Below are positions 26,667-36,079 of a stretch of DNA of 64,000 nt, piece after piece. A program made the translations under genes and the position numbers. Within the stretch, counting starts at the first letter, position 1. Every line of letters begins with the position of its first letter. The stretch covers positions 32,172-96,171 of the forward strand of contig LBWJ01000007.1 in assembly GCA_000993595.1 (NCBI GenBank). Reading direction: 5' to 3'. The notes below the pieces were generated by a model, which was not told the origin of the DNA, ran no database searches, and saw nothing but the letters and a program-made list of their open reading frames with translations. This DNA is from Candidatus Peregrinibacteria bacterium GW2011_GWC2_39_14 (lineage in GTDB: Bacteria > Patescibacteriota > Gracilibacteria > UBA1369 > UBA12463).

Positions 26667-29600
26667 TTATTTTTCTTCAATTTCCGTCAATGGTTCTTCC
26701 GGCAATCCAACCGCAGTTACAGAGCCTTCAAGTACTTCAAGTTTTTCCGTAACTTCAGGACTGATTCCGCCTGCTGCTGTTTCGATTGCGGCGGTTTCTT
26801 CGCTTAATGTGTATTCTTCTTCATCGCGCTGATCTTCTTCAGGCGCTTTTGTTTGAAGGAGAGTTACATCAAGACACAAACTTTGAAGTTCCTTAATAAG
26901 AACATTGAATCCTTCCGGTGTGCGTGGTTTTTTGATCAATTCACCTTTGATAATGGATTCGTAGGCTTTTGATCTTCCGAAAACATCATCTGATTTGATT
27001 GTCAAAAGTTCTTGCAACATATGTGCGGCGCCATAAGCTTCGAGTGCCCAAACTTCCATTTCTCCGAATCTCTGTCCACCATGCTGAGCTTTTCCTCCAA
27101 GAGGCTGTTGTGTAACGAGAGAGTACGGCCCGATTGATCTTGCATGAATTTTATCTTCAATCAAATGGCTAAGTTTAAGTATGTATGAAATACCAACTGT
27201 TACCGGATGATCGAATTTATCTCCACTTTTTCCGTCATATAAGTTCGTTTTACCATCTTCCGGTAAGCCGGCTTTTTTCAATAAGTTGGAAATTGTTTCA
27301 TGGCTTACTCCATTCAATGCAGGTGTTGCAACTTTTATATCAAGAGTTCTTGCGGCCCATCCAAGATGTGTTTCGAGGATTTGTCCGATGTTCATACGGG
27401 ACGTGACACCAAGTGGGTTTAATACGATATCAACCGGCGTTCCATCTGCCAAGAATGGCATGTCTTCTTCAGGAACAATGATTGAGATGACACCCTTGTT
27501 ACCATGGCGTCCGGCGACTTTGTCACCGATTGAGATTTTTCTTGTCTGAGCAACTGAGACTCTAATTTGTTTGTTAACTCCGTTTGCAAGCTCGTCGCCG
27601 TCTTTTCTTGAGAACATTTGAATGCCGATAACCTTACCTTTTTCTCCACCCGGGAGTCTTAAGGAGCTATCTTTAACATCGCGAGCTTTATCTCCAAAGA
27701 TTGCGCGAAGAAGTCTTTCTTCTGCGGATAATTCGGTTTCACCTTTTGGTGTAATTTTACCAACCAAAATGTCTCCTTCATAGACAGTGGCACCAATTCT
27801 GACGATACCGTCTTCATCGAGATCATTAAGATGAGCTTCGCCAACGTTTGGAATATCACGCGTTATAATTTCAGGCCCGAGCTTTGTATCGCGGACATCA
27901 ATTGTATAAGTTTCGATGTGAATCGAATCATATGTTCCTTTTTTGAGAAGTCTTTCGGAAATAATGACAGCATCCTCAAAGTTATAACCTTCCCATGAGA
28001 GATATGCGACCAAGACGTTTTGTCCAAGCGCAAGCTCTCCATCTTCAATTGATGCGCCTTCTGCTAGAACATCTCCTTTTTTAATTTTTTTGCCGGCTTC
28101 TGTCGTTGTTCTTTGATGTAAGCACGTGGCTTGATTTGATCTTTCGTAAACGTTAATTTCGTATTTTACTTTGCGACCATTGTCATAGAGGACAACGATT
28201 TCATTTGCGTCTGCATATAAAACCGTTCCGGATTCTTCTGCGAAAATGACTTGTCCGGATGATCTTCCGACAACTTCTTCCATACCGGTTCCAACAACAG
28301 GTGCTTCAGGACAGATAAGGGAAACGGCTTGGCGTTGCATGTTTGAACCCATGGATGCTCTTGTATTATCATCGTGTTCCAAGAACGGAATAAGAGCTGT
28401 TGTTTCGGAAATAATTTGTTTTGATGAAACGTCAATGTGCGTAACATCATTAATATGAGCCAATAAAGGATCTCCGCTTTTGCGCGCTGAAACGCGTGTT
28501 ACTGTGAATTCTTTCATTTCATTCAAAGGGGAGTTTGCTTGTGCAATAATAAGTTCGCGTTCTTCATCTGCATCATAATAATCCGCATCGTCTGTTACAT
28601 ATGCGCGAACTGCGACTTCTTTAATTTCGTTTGCGTATTTTGATAATGTATTTGCCGCTGCTTCTGTAATAACTTCACCGGCTGAGAAAATTGGATTTTT
28701 TCCTTTTGGTGGAGTCACAGTTTCTGCAGCCGTTCTTCCAATTAAGCTTTTTGGTTTATTTGGAGCCGTGTGAGCAACAGTTCTGAAAGGAGTTTCAATA
28801 AAACCATATTTGTTGACGCGTGCGTATGTTCCAAGGTGTACAACGAGACCAATGTTTGGTCCTTCGGGAGTGGAGATTGGGCAGATTCTACCATAGTGAG
28901 ATGTGTGTACATCACGAACATCAAAGGATGCACGTTCTCTGGAAAGACCACCCGGGCCCATAGCTGAAAGTCTGCGTTTGTGAGCTAATTCTGCAAGTGG
29001 ATTAATTTGATCCATGAATTGTGACAACTGTGAGCTTGCAAAGAATTCACGAAGAGCCGCTGTGACAGGTCTTGAGTTAACAAGTTGTGTAGGCGTGACT
29101 GTTTCGGAATCCATGACGCTCATGCGGTCTTTTGCGATTCTTTCTGTGCGAAGAAGACCAATTCTGAATTTGTTTTGAACAAGTTCACCAACTGCGCGAA
29201 TACGTCTGTTTGAAAGGTGATCAATATCATCCGGTCCAATCAAACCGTTATTTGCTTTAATTAAGTGTTTCAAAATTTCAACCATGTCTTTTGGTTGGAA
29301 AACGTGATTTTCTTTCACGTTTTTAATGTCCATGCCAAATCTTTTATTTAATTTGTATCTTGCGACAGGGCCCATGTCATATTTTTTGTAATCAAAAAAC
29401 ATTGACTGAATGAGCGATTTTGCATTTTCAGGAGTCGCGAGATCGCCGGGGCGAAGCTTCTTATATATTTGTTGATATGCTTCATCCATTGTTTTTGCAG
29501 GATCTTTTTCAAGCGTTAACAAAATATAATCCGGATTGGAAGGATCTGTTACATCTGCAAAAGCTTCAAGTATTGCTTTATCTGATTCATATCCCATAAT

Positions 29601-30398
29601 TCGGAGCAGGGAAGTGATTGGGATTTTTCTTTTTCTATCGATTTTTACCGACATAACTCCTTTCTTATCCGTTTCAATTTCAAGCCATGCGCCACGTTTT
29701 GGAATTATTTTTGCGATTGAATATTTTGGAAGTGCAGGATTTTTTTGGAAGACAACGCCAGGGGAGCGAACGAGTTGGCTTACTACGATTCTTTCAATAC
29801 CATTAACAATGAATGTGCCTTTGTTTGTCATCAAAGGTATTGATCCAAGGAAAACGTCCTGTTCCTTAATTTCACCCGTTTCCTTATTAATAAGTTGCAC
29901 GTGCACTTTTAAAGGTGCTTCGTATGTAATATTTTTTGATTTTGCTGTTTCCGCATCATATTTTGGTGCGGCAACGCTGTGGTCAATAAAGCGTAATTCG
30001 AGTTTTTTGGCCGAGAAGTCTGTAATTGGATTGATTTCGTCCAAAAGTTCTTTGATTCCTTCATTAATAAACCATTTATAAGAATCAAGCTGAACTTCGA
30101 TCAAATTTGGAATAACAATGTTTTGATCAAATCTAGGCGAAAAATACTCTCTGTGACTGCTTTCTTTCAAAGGTTCGATTCCGGTTTTGAGAGTAGAGGA
30201 TCTGACCAATTCATAATCGAGCTTTTTTTGCTTTGGCTCAATCTTTTTGGACGATTTCGTCGACTTAACCGATTTGGAAGATTTTGAAGACTTTGGGGCG
30301 ACTTTTTTAGGGGTCACCTTTTTAGAAGCCTTGTTTACAGGCTTTTTTGTTGTTTTTTTAGGCATATGAAAAAAATAAGTTGCTAAGTTGTATGCCAT
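26667..30398 (-). CDS. rpoB: DNA-directed RNA polymerase subunit beta, with a Lys/Ser-rich N-terminal extension
   Basis: Conserved blocks include GPGGLSRERA, RDVHTSHYGRICPISTPEGPNIGL and HGNKGVIS. The ORF-track start at 30410 is a TTG. ATG candidates lie at 30398 and 30365, so the start is uncertain. Confidence 0.97.
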   Translation of the reverse strand: MAYNLATYFFHMPKKTTKKPVNKASKKVTPKKVAPKSSKSSKSVKSTKSSKKIEPKQKKLDYELVRSSTLKTGIEPLKESSHREYFSPRFDQNIVIPNLIEVQLDSYKWFINEGIKELLDEINPITDFSAKKLELRFIDHSVAAPKYDAETAKSKNITYEAPLKVHVQLINKETGEIKEQDVFLGSIPLMTNKGTFIVNGIERIVVSQLVRSPGVVFQKNPALPKYSIAKIIPKRGAWLEIETDKKGVMSVKIDRKRKIPITSLLRIMGYESDKAILEAFADVTDPSNPDYILLTLEKDPAKTMDEAYQQIYKKLRPGDLATPENAKSLIQSMFFDYKKYDMGPVARYKLNKRFGMDIKNVKENHVFQPKDMVEILKHLIKANNGLIGPDDIDHLSNRRIRAVGELVQNKFRIGLLRTERIAKDRMSVMDSETVTPTQLVNSRPVTAALREFFASSQLSQFMDQINPLAELAHKRRLSAMGPGGLSRERASFDVRDVHTSHYGRICPISTPEGPNIGLVVHLGTYARVNKYGFIETPFRTVAHTAPNKPKSLIGRTAAETVTPPKGKNPIFSAGEVITEAAANTLSKYANEIKEVAVRAYVTDDADYYDADEERELIIAQANSPLNEMKEFTVTRVSARKSGDPLLAHINDVTHIDVSSKQIISETTALIPFLEHDDNTRASMGSNMQRQAVSLICPEAPVVGTGMEEVVGRSSGQVIFAEESGTVLYADANEIVVLYDNGRKVKYEINVYERSNQATCLHQRTTTEAGKKIKKGDVLAEGASIEDGELALGQNVLVAYLSWEGYNFEDAVIISERLLKKGTYDSIHIETYTIDVRDTKLGPEIITRDIPNVGEAHLNDLDEDGIVRIGATVYEGDILVGKITPKGETELSAEERLLRAIFGDKARDVKDSSLRLPGGEKGKVIGIQMFSRKDGDELANGVNKQIRVSVAQTRKISIGDKVAGRHGNKGVISIIVPEEDMPFLADGTPVDIVLNPLGVTSRMNIGQILETHLGWAARTLDIKVATPALNGVSHETISNLLKKAGLPEDGKTNLYDGKSGDKFDHPVTVGISYILKLSHLIEDKIHARSIGPYSLVTQQPLGGKAQHGGQRFGEMEVWALEAYGAAHMLQELLTIKSDDVFGRSKAYESIIKGELIKKPRTPEGFNVLIKELQSLCLDVTLLQTKAPEEDQRDEEEYTLSEETAAIETAAGGISPEVTEKLEVLEGSVTAVGLPEEPLTEIEEK

Positions 30399-30437
30399 TT
30401 TTTTTCGCAACTCTTCTAAAGATTGATGGCGCTACTA

Positions 30438-30465
30438 ATTATATTCATAAATTAGTTGCTGTCAA
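30438..30465 (-). promoter_or_regulatory. Consensus sigma70 promoter upstream of rpoB
   Basis: Minus strand TTGACA (30465-30460), 16-nt spacer, TATAAT (30443-30438). Confidence 0.6.
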
Positions 30466-30499
30466 ATGATTTTTTGTAACAAGACTTATTGACCGCGTT

Positions 30500-31408
30500 T
30501 TATCTTTCTCCTCTAAAGCCTTGTTCTTTAAGATGGCGTCCAAGTACATTTCTGACTTTAGCTCTAACTGCGCTTTCCGGATATCGCTTGTTCATTTCTC
30601 CTGTTATGCATGTGCGTGCTTTTATTTCATTTGCACGAGCCGATGCTTCTTCTTCTTTTTTCCATCTTGCATTTTCTCTATTTTCTATTCCTATTCTTGT
30701 TTTTTCTAATTCTGATGCTCCTTTTGGAACTTCTTCAGGGTTAAGTTTAAAGGACATATTAAATTCATCCGCGTCTATTAAAGGTACGGTGATTTCTCTT
30801 TTTTTGCCTTGTAGACTGGCGTTTACGAGTTGATCTGGGGCGGGGTCTCCGAAAGTGCCATTTTCCATGTTGTCCATGTCATCATATAGATATCCTGCAA
30901 GCCTATACTGTTCTTCTTTAGGTGATTTTCTGTAGCAGGCCGTTATTATTGCTCTTTCTATCTCTTGTCTTAGTTCGTCACAATCTTTTTGAAGGCCTTT
31001 AAGTTTTTCACTGTCTTCCGCTGTTTCGCCTCCTAAGCCTTCGCCGTGAGCTTGTAGTTTTTTAACTATATCTAAAAAGGTTAAAGCCCTTTGTCCTTTT
31101 CCGGCTTGTTCAAGCTTTTTTGCGTAAGCAGTTATTTTTGATATGTCTGTGTCTTTATATATTGCACCGCATCCGTCTTGCATGACTTCTCGCAATAAAT
31201 CGAGTTCTTCATCATTTAGCTCTTCTTGAGAAATTTCAGGTTTTTTTGGAGCTGGCGCTGCTTTTGCTTTTCCTTTTCCTGCTTTGTGTGGGGCTGTGAC
31301 TGCCGGTCTTTTGGTAGAGCCTTTTGGGCGCGCAAAGCCTTCTGATGCAAGCGTTAATCCTGCTATAAAGGTTAATATTGCGACGCTTCTTGACGATGGT
31401 GTATTCAT
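30500..31408 (-). CDS. Hypothetical secreted protein
   Basis: 302 aa. N-terminal signal-like segment (VAILTFIAGLTLASEGFA), then a Lys/Ala/Pro-rich linker and a charged helical body. A consensus promoter lies upstream. No family recognised. Confidence 0.6.
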   Translation of the reverse strand: MNTPSSRSVAILTFIAGLTLASEGFARPKGSTKRPAVTAPHKAGKGKAKAAPAPKKPEISQEELNDEELDLLREVMQDGCGAIYKDTDISKITAYAKKLEQAGKGQRALTFLDIVKKLQAHGEGLGGETAEDSEKLKGLQKDCDELRQEIERAIITACYRKSPKEEQYRLAGYLYDDMDNMENGTFGDPAPDQLVNASLQGKKREITVPLIDADEFNMSFKLNPEEVPKGASELEKTRIGIENRENARWKKEEEASARANEIKARTCITGEMNKRYPESAVRAKVRNVLGRHLKEQGFRGER

Positions 31409-31442
31409 GTGTTTTTTAGTTAAATTATACTACAGGTATATA

Positions 31443-31470
31443 ATTATACAGATAATATACACTTTGTCAA
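31443..31470 (-). promoter_or_regulatory. Consensus promoter of hypothetical secreted protein gene 30500-31408
   Basis: Minus strand TTGACA (31470-31465), 16-nt spacer, TATAAT (31448-31443). Confidence 0.6.
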
Positions 31471-31524
31471 GAGATTGAAACAAAGGTTGTTGTTAAAGTG
31501 ATTTTTGGCTTTTTGGAGCGATTT

Positions 31525-32790
31525 TTACTCGATTTTTTTCACCCCATTCATATATGGTTGGAGCACTTTTGGAACATTTATTGTGCCGTCCGCGTTTTGA
31601 TACATTTCCATAACGGGGATGAGAATGCGAGGAGATGCGACGCAAGTATTATTAAGCGTGTGACAAAATTGAGTTTTGCCTTGTGCGTCTTTATATCGAA
31701 GATTTAATCTGCGGGCTTGGAAATCATAAAACATTGAACAGGAATGCGTTTCGCCATAGCTTTTGCGTGATGGCATCCATGTTTCGATGTCGTTTTTATA
31801 AACTTGGCCTTGGCCCATTTCGCCGGTGCAGATTGCGACAACGCGATAGGGGAGTTCGAGCGCTTGCAAAACTTCTTCCGCGTTTCCAAGAATCAAATCA
31901 AACATTTTTTGGCTTTCCGCTTCGTCGGCTTTGCAGATTATTACTTGTTCGACTTTTTGAAATTGATGTACGCGATAAAGTCCGCGAGTGTCTTTTCCGT
32001 ATGTTCCGGCCTCGCGCCTGAAGCAAGGTGAAATTCCGGCATATTTTTTTGGAAGATCTTTTTCTGTGAGAATTTCGTCCGCGTGATATGAGGTGACTGC
32101 GACTTCCGAAGTGCCGATTAAATTCAATTTATCTTTATCAATTCGATATGCTTGCTCTTCACCGCCCGGAAAGTATCCTGTGCCAATCATGGCCTTGTCT
32201 TCAACTAAAACGGGTACTGAAAATGGTGTGAATCCTTTTTTTGCGAGTGTATCGAGCGTGAACATAAGGATTGCCATTTCAAGTCTGACTCCGGCATTTT
32301 TTAAGAAATAGTTTCTTGATCCTGCGATTTTTACGCCGCGTTCCGTATCAATCATGTCGAGTTTTTCTCCGAGCGTCATGTGGTCGAGCGGTTCAAAATC
32401 GAATTTTTTTGGCTCGCCCCAAGTTTTTATCAATTTATAATCTTTTTCGTCGTTTCCCGGTGGACATTTTTCAGATGGGATTTGCGGCACCCAAAGAAGT
32501 AAATGATTAAGCTCTTCATCGATTTGTTTCAATTCTTCATCGAGCGATTTTTCCTTTGCGGTAAGCTCTTTCATGCGCTTTAGAATTTCTTCTTTATTTT
32601 CGCCATGCAGTTTTGGAATCTGTTCGCTGGCGCGATTTTTTTCCGCTTTAATGTTTTCAGTTTGTTTTAGGAGTTCACGTTTTTGCTTATCCAGTTCGAG
32701 CAATTTATCAATATCAACTTTGATTTTTTTAAGTTCCGCGGCGCGTTTTACTGCGTCCGGATTTTCTCGTATGAATTTAAGGTCTAACAT
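31525..32790 (-). CDS. serS: Seryl-tRNA synthetase
   Basis: 421 aa. MLDLKFIRENPD, an N-terminal coiled-coil arm, and class II motifs (FRREAG, GEMGQGQ...YKNDIETWMP). Confidence 0.95.
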   Translation of the reverse strand: MLDLKFIRENPDAVKRAAELKKIKVDIDKLLELDKQKRELLKQTENIKAEKNRASEQIPKLHGENKEEILKRMKELTAKEKSLDEELKQIDEELNHLLLWVPQIPSEKCPPGNDEKDYKLIKTWGEPKKFDFEPLDHMTLGEKLDMIDTERGVKIAGSRNYFLKNAGVRLEMAILMFTLDTLAKKGFTPFSVPVLVEDKAMIGTGYFPGGEEQAYRIDKDKLNLIGTSEVAVTSYHADEILTEKDLPKKYAGISPCFRREAGTYGKDTRGLYRVHQFQKVEQVIICKADEAESQKMFDLILGNAEEVLQALELPYRVVAICTGEMGQGQVYKNDIETWMPSRKSYGETHSCSMFYDFQARRLNLRYKDAQGKTQFCHTLNNTCVASPRILIPVMEMYQNADGTINVPKVLQPYMNGVKKIE

Positions 32791-32799
32791 ATTTATATT

Positions 32800-33609
32800 T
32801 TAATAGTTTATTATTTGGTCAGGTTTTCCGTCGCATTTTGTGAGTGATTTTTTGAGTTCGATATTGTTTTTTATAAAATCATAATCATAGTACATTGTTG
32901 CGCGGCAACCTTCTCCGAAAGTTCCTTCCATTTTAATGATTGTGCCTTCGCGTTTTCCGAACGTTTTTGGCCAAACCAAGCATTCTTTAATATTTTTATT
33001 ATTAACAGTCGCTCGTATGAAGTTATTGCTTGAAACGCTGAAATTATAAATTGCGCCGGATATTGTGCAGTCTTTGCTTGGGCTTACTGCATTTATTGTC
33101 AAAATTCCACCGTTTTCAGAAAAGCAGGATTCTGATGTTGGATTTAATACGATTTTTAATTCCGCTGCCGCTGTTTGCAATTTTGGATACCAGATTTTTG
33201 ATGAATAACTTGATAAAATTCCGCAACTTGCAAATTTAACGTCTGCTGCCGGAACCATTGGAGTTACGGTTTTTATTTGTTGAAATTTTGCTTTTTCCGC
33301 GTCTGCCTTGGCTTGTGCTTCGGCTTGCTGCTGCGCTTGGCCGGGGATTGGAGTTACGCCTGCAGTTGGATCAACGATTGTTGCATTTGGATCTTTGTTT
33401 TCATCCAATTGGCTTATTCCTGCGGCAAGTAATGTATTTTGCGCCGCGTTAAGTTGTGTTTTCAAGTCGTCCACTTTTTTCTCAAGTTCTTGTTTTTCTG
33501 TTGCATATGAAGGTTTCATAGAATAAGAAAGTCCACCAGCGATGATTGCGGTGATGACGATCACAGTGACTATTCCAAAAGCGCCCGACTGCCTTTGTCT
33601 CTCAACCAT
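32800..33609 (-). CDS. Hypothetical membrane-anchored protein
   Basis: 269 aa. One N-terminal TM helix (FGIVTVIVITAIIAGGL), a coiled-coil and Q/A-rich linker, and a Cys-containing C-terminal domain. No family recognised. Confidence 0.6.
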   Translation of the reverse strand: MVERQRQSGAFGIVTVIVITAIIAGGLSYSMKPSYATEKQELEKKVDDLKTQLNAAQNTLLAAGISQLDENKDPNATIVDPTAGVTPIPGQAQQQAEAQAKADAEKAKFQQIKTVTPMVPAADVKFASCGILSSYSSKIWYPKLQTAAAELKIVLNPTSESCFSENGGILTINAVSPSKDCTISGAIYNFSVSSNNFIRATVNNKNIKECLVWPKTFGKREGTIIKMEGTFGEGCRATMYYDYDFIKNNIELKKSLTKCDGKPDQIINY

Positions 33610-33725
33610 ATAAAAAGAGGTTAGATTTTTAGACGCTGAATTTTATTAAATTTTCAGAGCCGCGTTTATTGTATATAAAAAAGAGTGAGTTTGTCGAGAG
33701 GAATGTGAATTTGTGCGATCAATTT

Positions 33726-34031
33726 TTATTGGGCTGCCTTTGCATCGCCATCGGTTTTAGATGTATTAGCTGCAAGAAGGGCGAAGTATTCTAATAATAT
33801 TCGCGCCTTATCTTTATCGAGACATGAGTTGCCGTGATCTCTGTCGTAGCAATTTGCGTCTATTGTTAATGCTCCTTTTAATTCATGCGGTTTGTCTCTA
33901 TATCGTTCTTCTATTTCTTCTCTTCTCTTTCCAACTGTTTCCTGCCCAACTCTTTTGAGAGCATGGCAAACATCGCACGCTGTTTCTACTTCGTCTATTT
34001 CTGGTAATTCAAAAATTCCGAATTTTGGCAT
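33726..34031 (-). CDS. Hypothetical small protein with four Cys
   Basis: 101 aa. Contains CDVCH and CYDRDHGNSC. A promoter-like TTGACA-N18-TATTTT lies upstream. No family recognised. Confidence 0.45.
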   Translation of the reverse strand: MPKFGIFELPEIDEVETACDVCHALKRVGQETVGKRREEIEERYRDKPHELKGALTIDANCYDRDHGNSCLDKDKARILLEYFALLAANTSKTDGDAKAAQ

Positions 34032-34130
34032 ATTTTTTAAGTTATTACATTTCTGGTGAGTAAAAATACTGTATATCTATTTTTTTGTCAATGCGCTGTT
34101 TAGTGCGTGTTGTGTGCTGATTTGGCAGGT

Positions 34131-35078
34131 TTATGTTCCTGCGTTTTTCCCTGCGTAGTGCTCTGCCACCCACTTATCTACTTTAAGCCATTTTTCACTG
34201 GTTTTATCCGCTTCAAGTTTTATTTTCCAGTTTTCAGGTGGCTGATTTTCGTTTTCAATCAGGCCTGCGTGAGCGAGTCTTTCATGAGGCTTGCAAAGAG
34301 GAATGAGGGTATCGGGATCATGTGTTTTTGTGAGCGCAAACCTCCATGTGTGATGAAGGTATTTATATTCTTTCGTGCATCCCGGGAATGCGCATGTGTT
34401 GTTTGTTTTAGCGAGTACGTATTTTTCGATTTTTGCAGGTACGTATCTTTTTGCATTTTCTTGCGGAATTGGCTTTTTGGCTTCAACTCGCGCTTGATAG
34501 GCTTGCAGAAGTTTTTGCATGAGTTCGTTCCAATTTCCTTGGCCTTTGAGTTTTTGAAGTTGTTCGGCTGTTTCCGGACTTAAATCCATTGTTATTTGTT
34601 CGACACTTAAATCAGAGAATAAAGTTTGATTTTCGTAATAATTTTTTGAGTCGGCGCAAGGGGAACCAAGCTCAGATTTTTTGTATTCTTTTGCATATGC
34701 TGCCAGCGTGTTTTTACTCATTCCCATAGCTTTTTCCGCCCAAAATGCTGCAGTTTCAGGAGTTGCAATATTTGCGATTGGACGAATTATTTCGATGCCT
34801 TTTTCTTCAACAACGCGTTTTAACTCTGGTTTGTCTTCAATTTTTCGCATTGCCCAAAGAGCGACATTAACCGATGCATTATTTATCCCGGCCAGTTTTG
34901 CTGCGTATTCATAAATACTGCTGAATCCTTTTTTCTCCCAAATTCTATATTTTGCTATTTCCGGCAAAAGGATTGTGCATTTTCTTTTCCATTTGAGTGC
35001 ATTTTTGCCATAAAAAGTAAATTTTTCGTGAAGATCTTTTTCGAGAATTTTTTGTGTGTTTTGCGCTACGTTTGTCAT
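34131..35078 (-). CDS. HNH endonuclease domain protein
   Basis: The C-terminal sequence CAFPGCTKEYKYLHHTWRFALTKTHDPDTLIPLCKPHERLAHAGLI fits the HNH pattern (H-N/H-H with flanking Cys). The ORF-track TTG start at 35120 is replaced by the ATG at 35078 (MTNVAQN). Confidence 0.75.
   Translation of the reverse strand: MTNVAQNTQKILEKDLHEKFTFYGKNALKWKRKCTILLPEIAKYRIWEKKGFSSIYEYAAKLAGINNASVNVALWAMRKIEDKPELKRVVEEKGIEIIRPIANIATPETAAFWAEKAMGMSKNTLAAYAKEYKKSELGSPCADSKNYYENQTLFSDLSVEQITMDLSPETAEQLQKLKGQGNWNELMQKLLQAYQARVEAKKPIPQENAKRYVPAKIEKYVLAKTNNTCAFPGCTKEYKYLHHTWRFALTKTHDPDTLIPLCKPHERLAHAGLIENENQPPENWKIKLEADKTSEKWLKVDKWVAEHYAGKNAGT
34615..34690 (-). repeat. Segment of the HNH gene that has a diverged copy at 44215-44290
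   Basis: TTGATTTTCGTAATAATTTTTTGAGTCGGCGCAAGGGGA..CTCAGATTTT here matches TTGATTTTTGTAATAATTTTTTGAGTTGGCGCAAGGGGA..CTCAGATTTT at the other site. I estimate about 85 percent identity by eye. Confidence 0.75.
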
Positions 35079-35201
35079 ATTTTTTAGATTATGTTGTTGC
35101 TGATATTTTAGCTTAAACAAGCCAAAAAATCCAGCTCAACTAAGAATTTTTTGTTGCGAAAAATAGAGGGGAGTATATACTCACCTTTTGAGCGTGAACT
35201 T

Positions 35202-35230
35202 TTGACAAGTATTCTTTGATTTGTTTTAAT
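35202..35230 (+). promoter_or_regulatory. Promoter of ORF 35237 (predicts a leaderless or near-leaderless mRNA)
   Basis: TTGACA (35202-35207), 17-nt spacer, TTTAAT (35225-35230). The ATG lies at 35237. Confidence 0.45.
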
Positions 35231-35236
35231 TAATTT

Positions 35237-35680
35237 ATGAAAATGTTTGAAGCTTTAAGGATACTACCTGTGGAAGTGTGTAATAGAGTTAAAGAAGATG
35301 ATGTTGTTCGTCAGCTTAGTTTTAATACGTGGAAAACTTGCAATCGTATATTGGAGGAAATTGGAGCCGATAGAGTTGTTAATGGTAGAGAGCCTCCGAT
35401 TCCTTTTGAAAGGGGATTTTGGCTTAGCCCGAAGATGAGTACCCGATCTGTTTTAACTCGTCTTTTAATAAAACAAGTTGTAGAAATAAAATTTAAAGAC
35501 ACCCTTTCTTCCAGTGAGGCTGCTTGGGCTTCTATGTCTGATTCGAATGCGGATCAAAAAGAATATGATACTAGAAATGGGCAACTCGCGTTTTATCGCT
35601 TAAAAACTTCAGGAGGTACGAGAAAGTACGTTGAAGATAGGTTGCCAGAAGGCGCTCCTGAGCCAGTTATTGTGAGATGA
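35237..35680 (+). CDS. Hypothetical protein, probable single-module member of the winged-helix-like paralog family
   Basis: 147 aa. ILPVEVCNRV / NRILEEIGADRVV / SVLTRLLIK / LAFYRLK occur with the same spacing as the module in ORFs 38259-42894. A TTGACA-N17-TTTAAT promoter ends 6 nt before the ATG. Confidence 0.5.
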   Translation: MKMFEALRILPVEVCNRVKEDDVVRQLSFNTWKTCNRILEEIGADRVVNGREPPIPFERGFWLSPKMSTRSVLTRLLIKQVVEIKFKDTLSSSEAAWASMSDSNADQKEYDTRNGQLAFYRLKTSGGTRKYVEDRLPEGAPEPVIVR

Positions 35681-35683
35681 GGT

Positions 35684-36058
35684 CTAAGAATGTGGTCCGC
35701 CAAAAATTCTAGCAAGGTCTCCAGCTGTGCGTGGTCCTGCTGGTTCCCATTTGAAATCTCTGTCTTCTCTCAACGTGTATTGTATTGAATTTCGTGCAAC
35801 TCTTGTTGCTTCCATAATTCCATATGCGTCAATGTAACGCACTACAGCAATTTGTTCCATTATGGGTCTTTCTCTGTCCGTGCCTTGTATATGTGTGTCT
35901 TTTAATCCCGGTACGCCAAATGTAATGATGTCTTGTAAAACTCTTCCATATATTCCTTGTTGAATAAGCTGGTCACGTCGTTGTTCATCAGGAACAAGCA
36001 TTAAAAGCTGTTGATCTATGATTGCTCTTATTGGTGTTTCCGTAGGCGAATGTGCCAT
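35684..36058 (-). CDS. Hypothetical protein immediately downstream of dnaK
   Basis: 124 aa. Starts 21 nt after the dnaK stop on the same strand. No HPD motif and no Cys-rich repeat, so it is not DnaJ-like. Confidence 0.5.
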   Translation of the reverse strand: MAHSPTETPIRAIIDQQLLMLVPDEQRRDQLIQQGIYGRVLQDIITFGVPGLKDTHIQGTDRERPIMEQIAVVRYIDAYGIMEATRVARNSIQYTLREDRDFKWEPAGPRTAGDLARIFGGPHS

Positions 36059-36079
36059 ATTTTATCAATTTAATTTTCC

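Noticed and set aside
34107-34583. 158-aa plus-strand ORF overlapping the HNH gene
   Set aside because: It is antisense to the region encoding the recognisable HNH motif. Its translation is Cys/Phe-rich and looks like nonsense.
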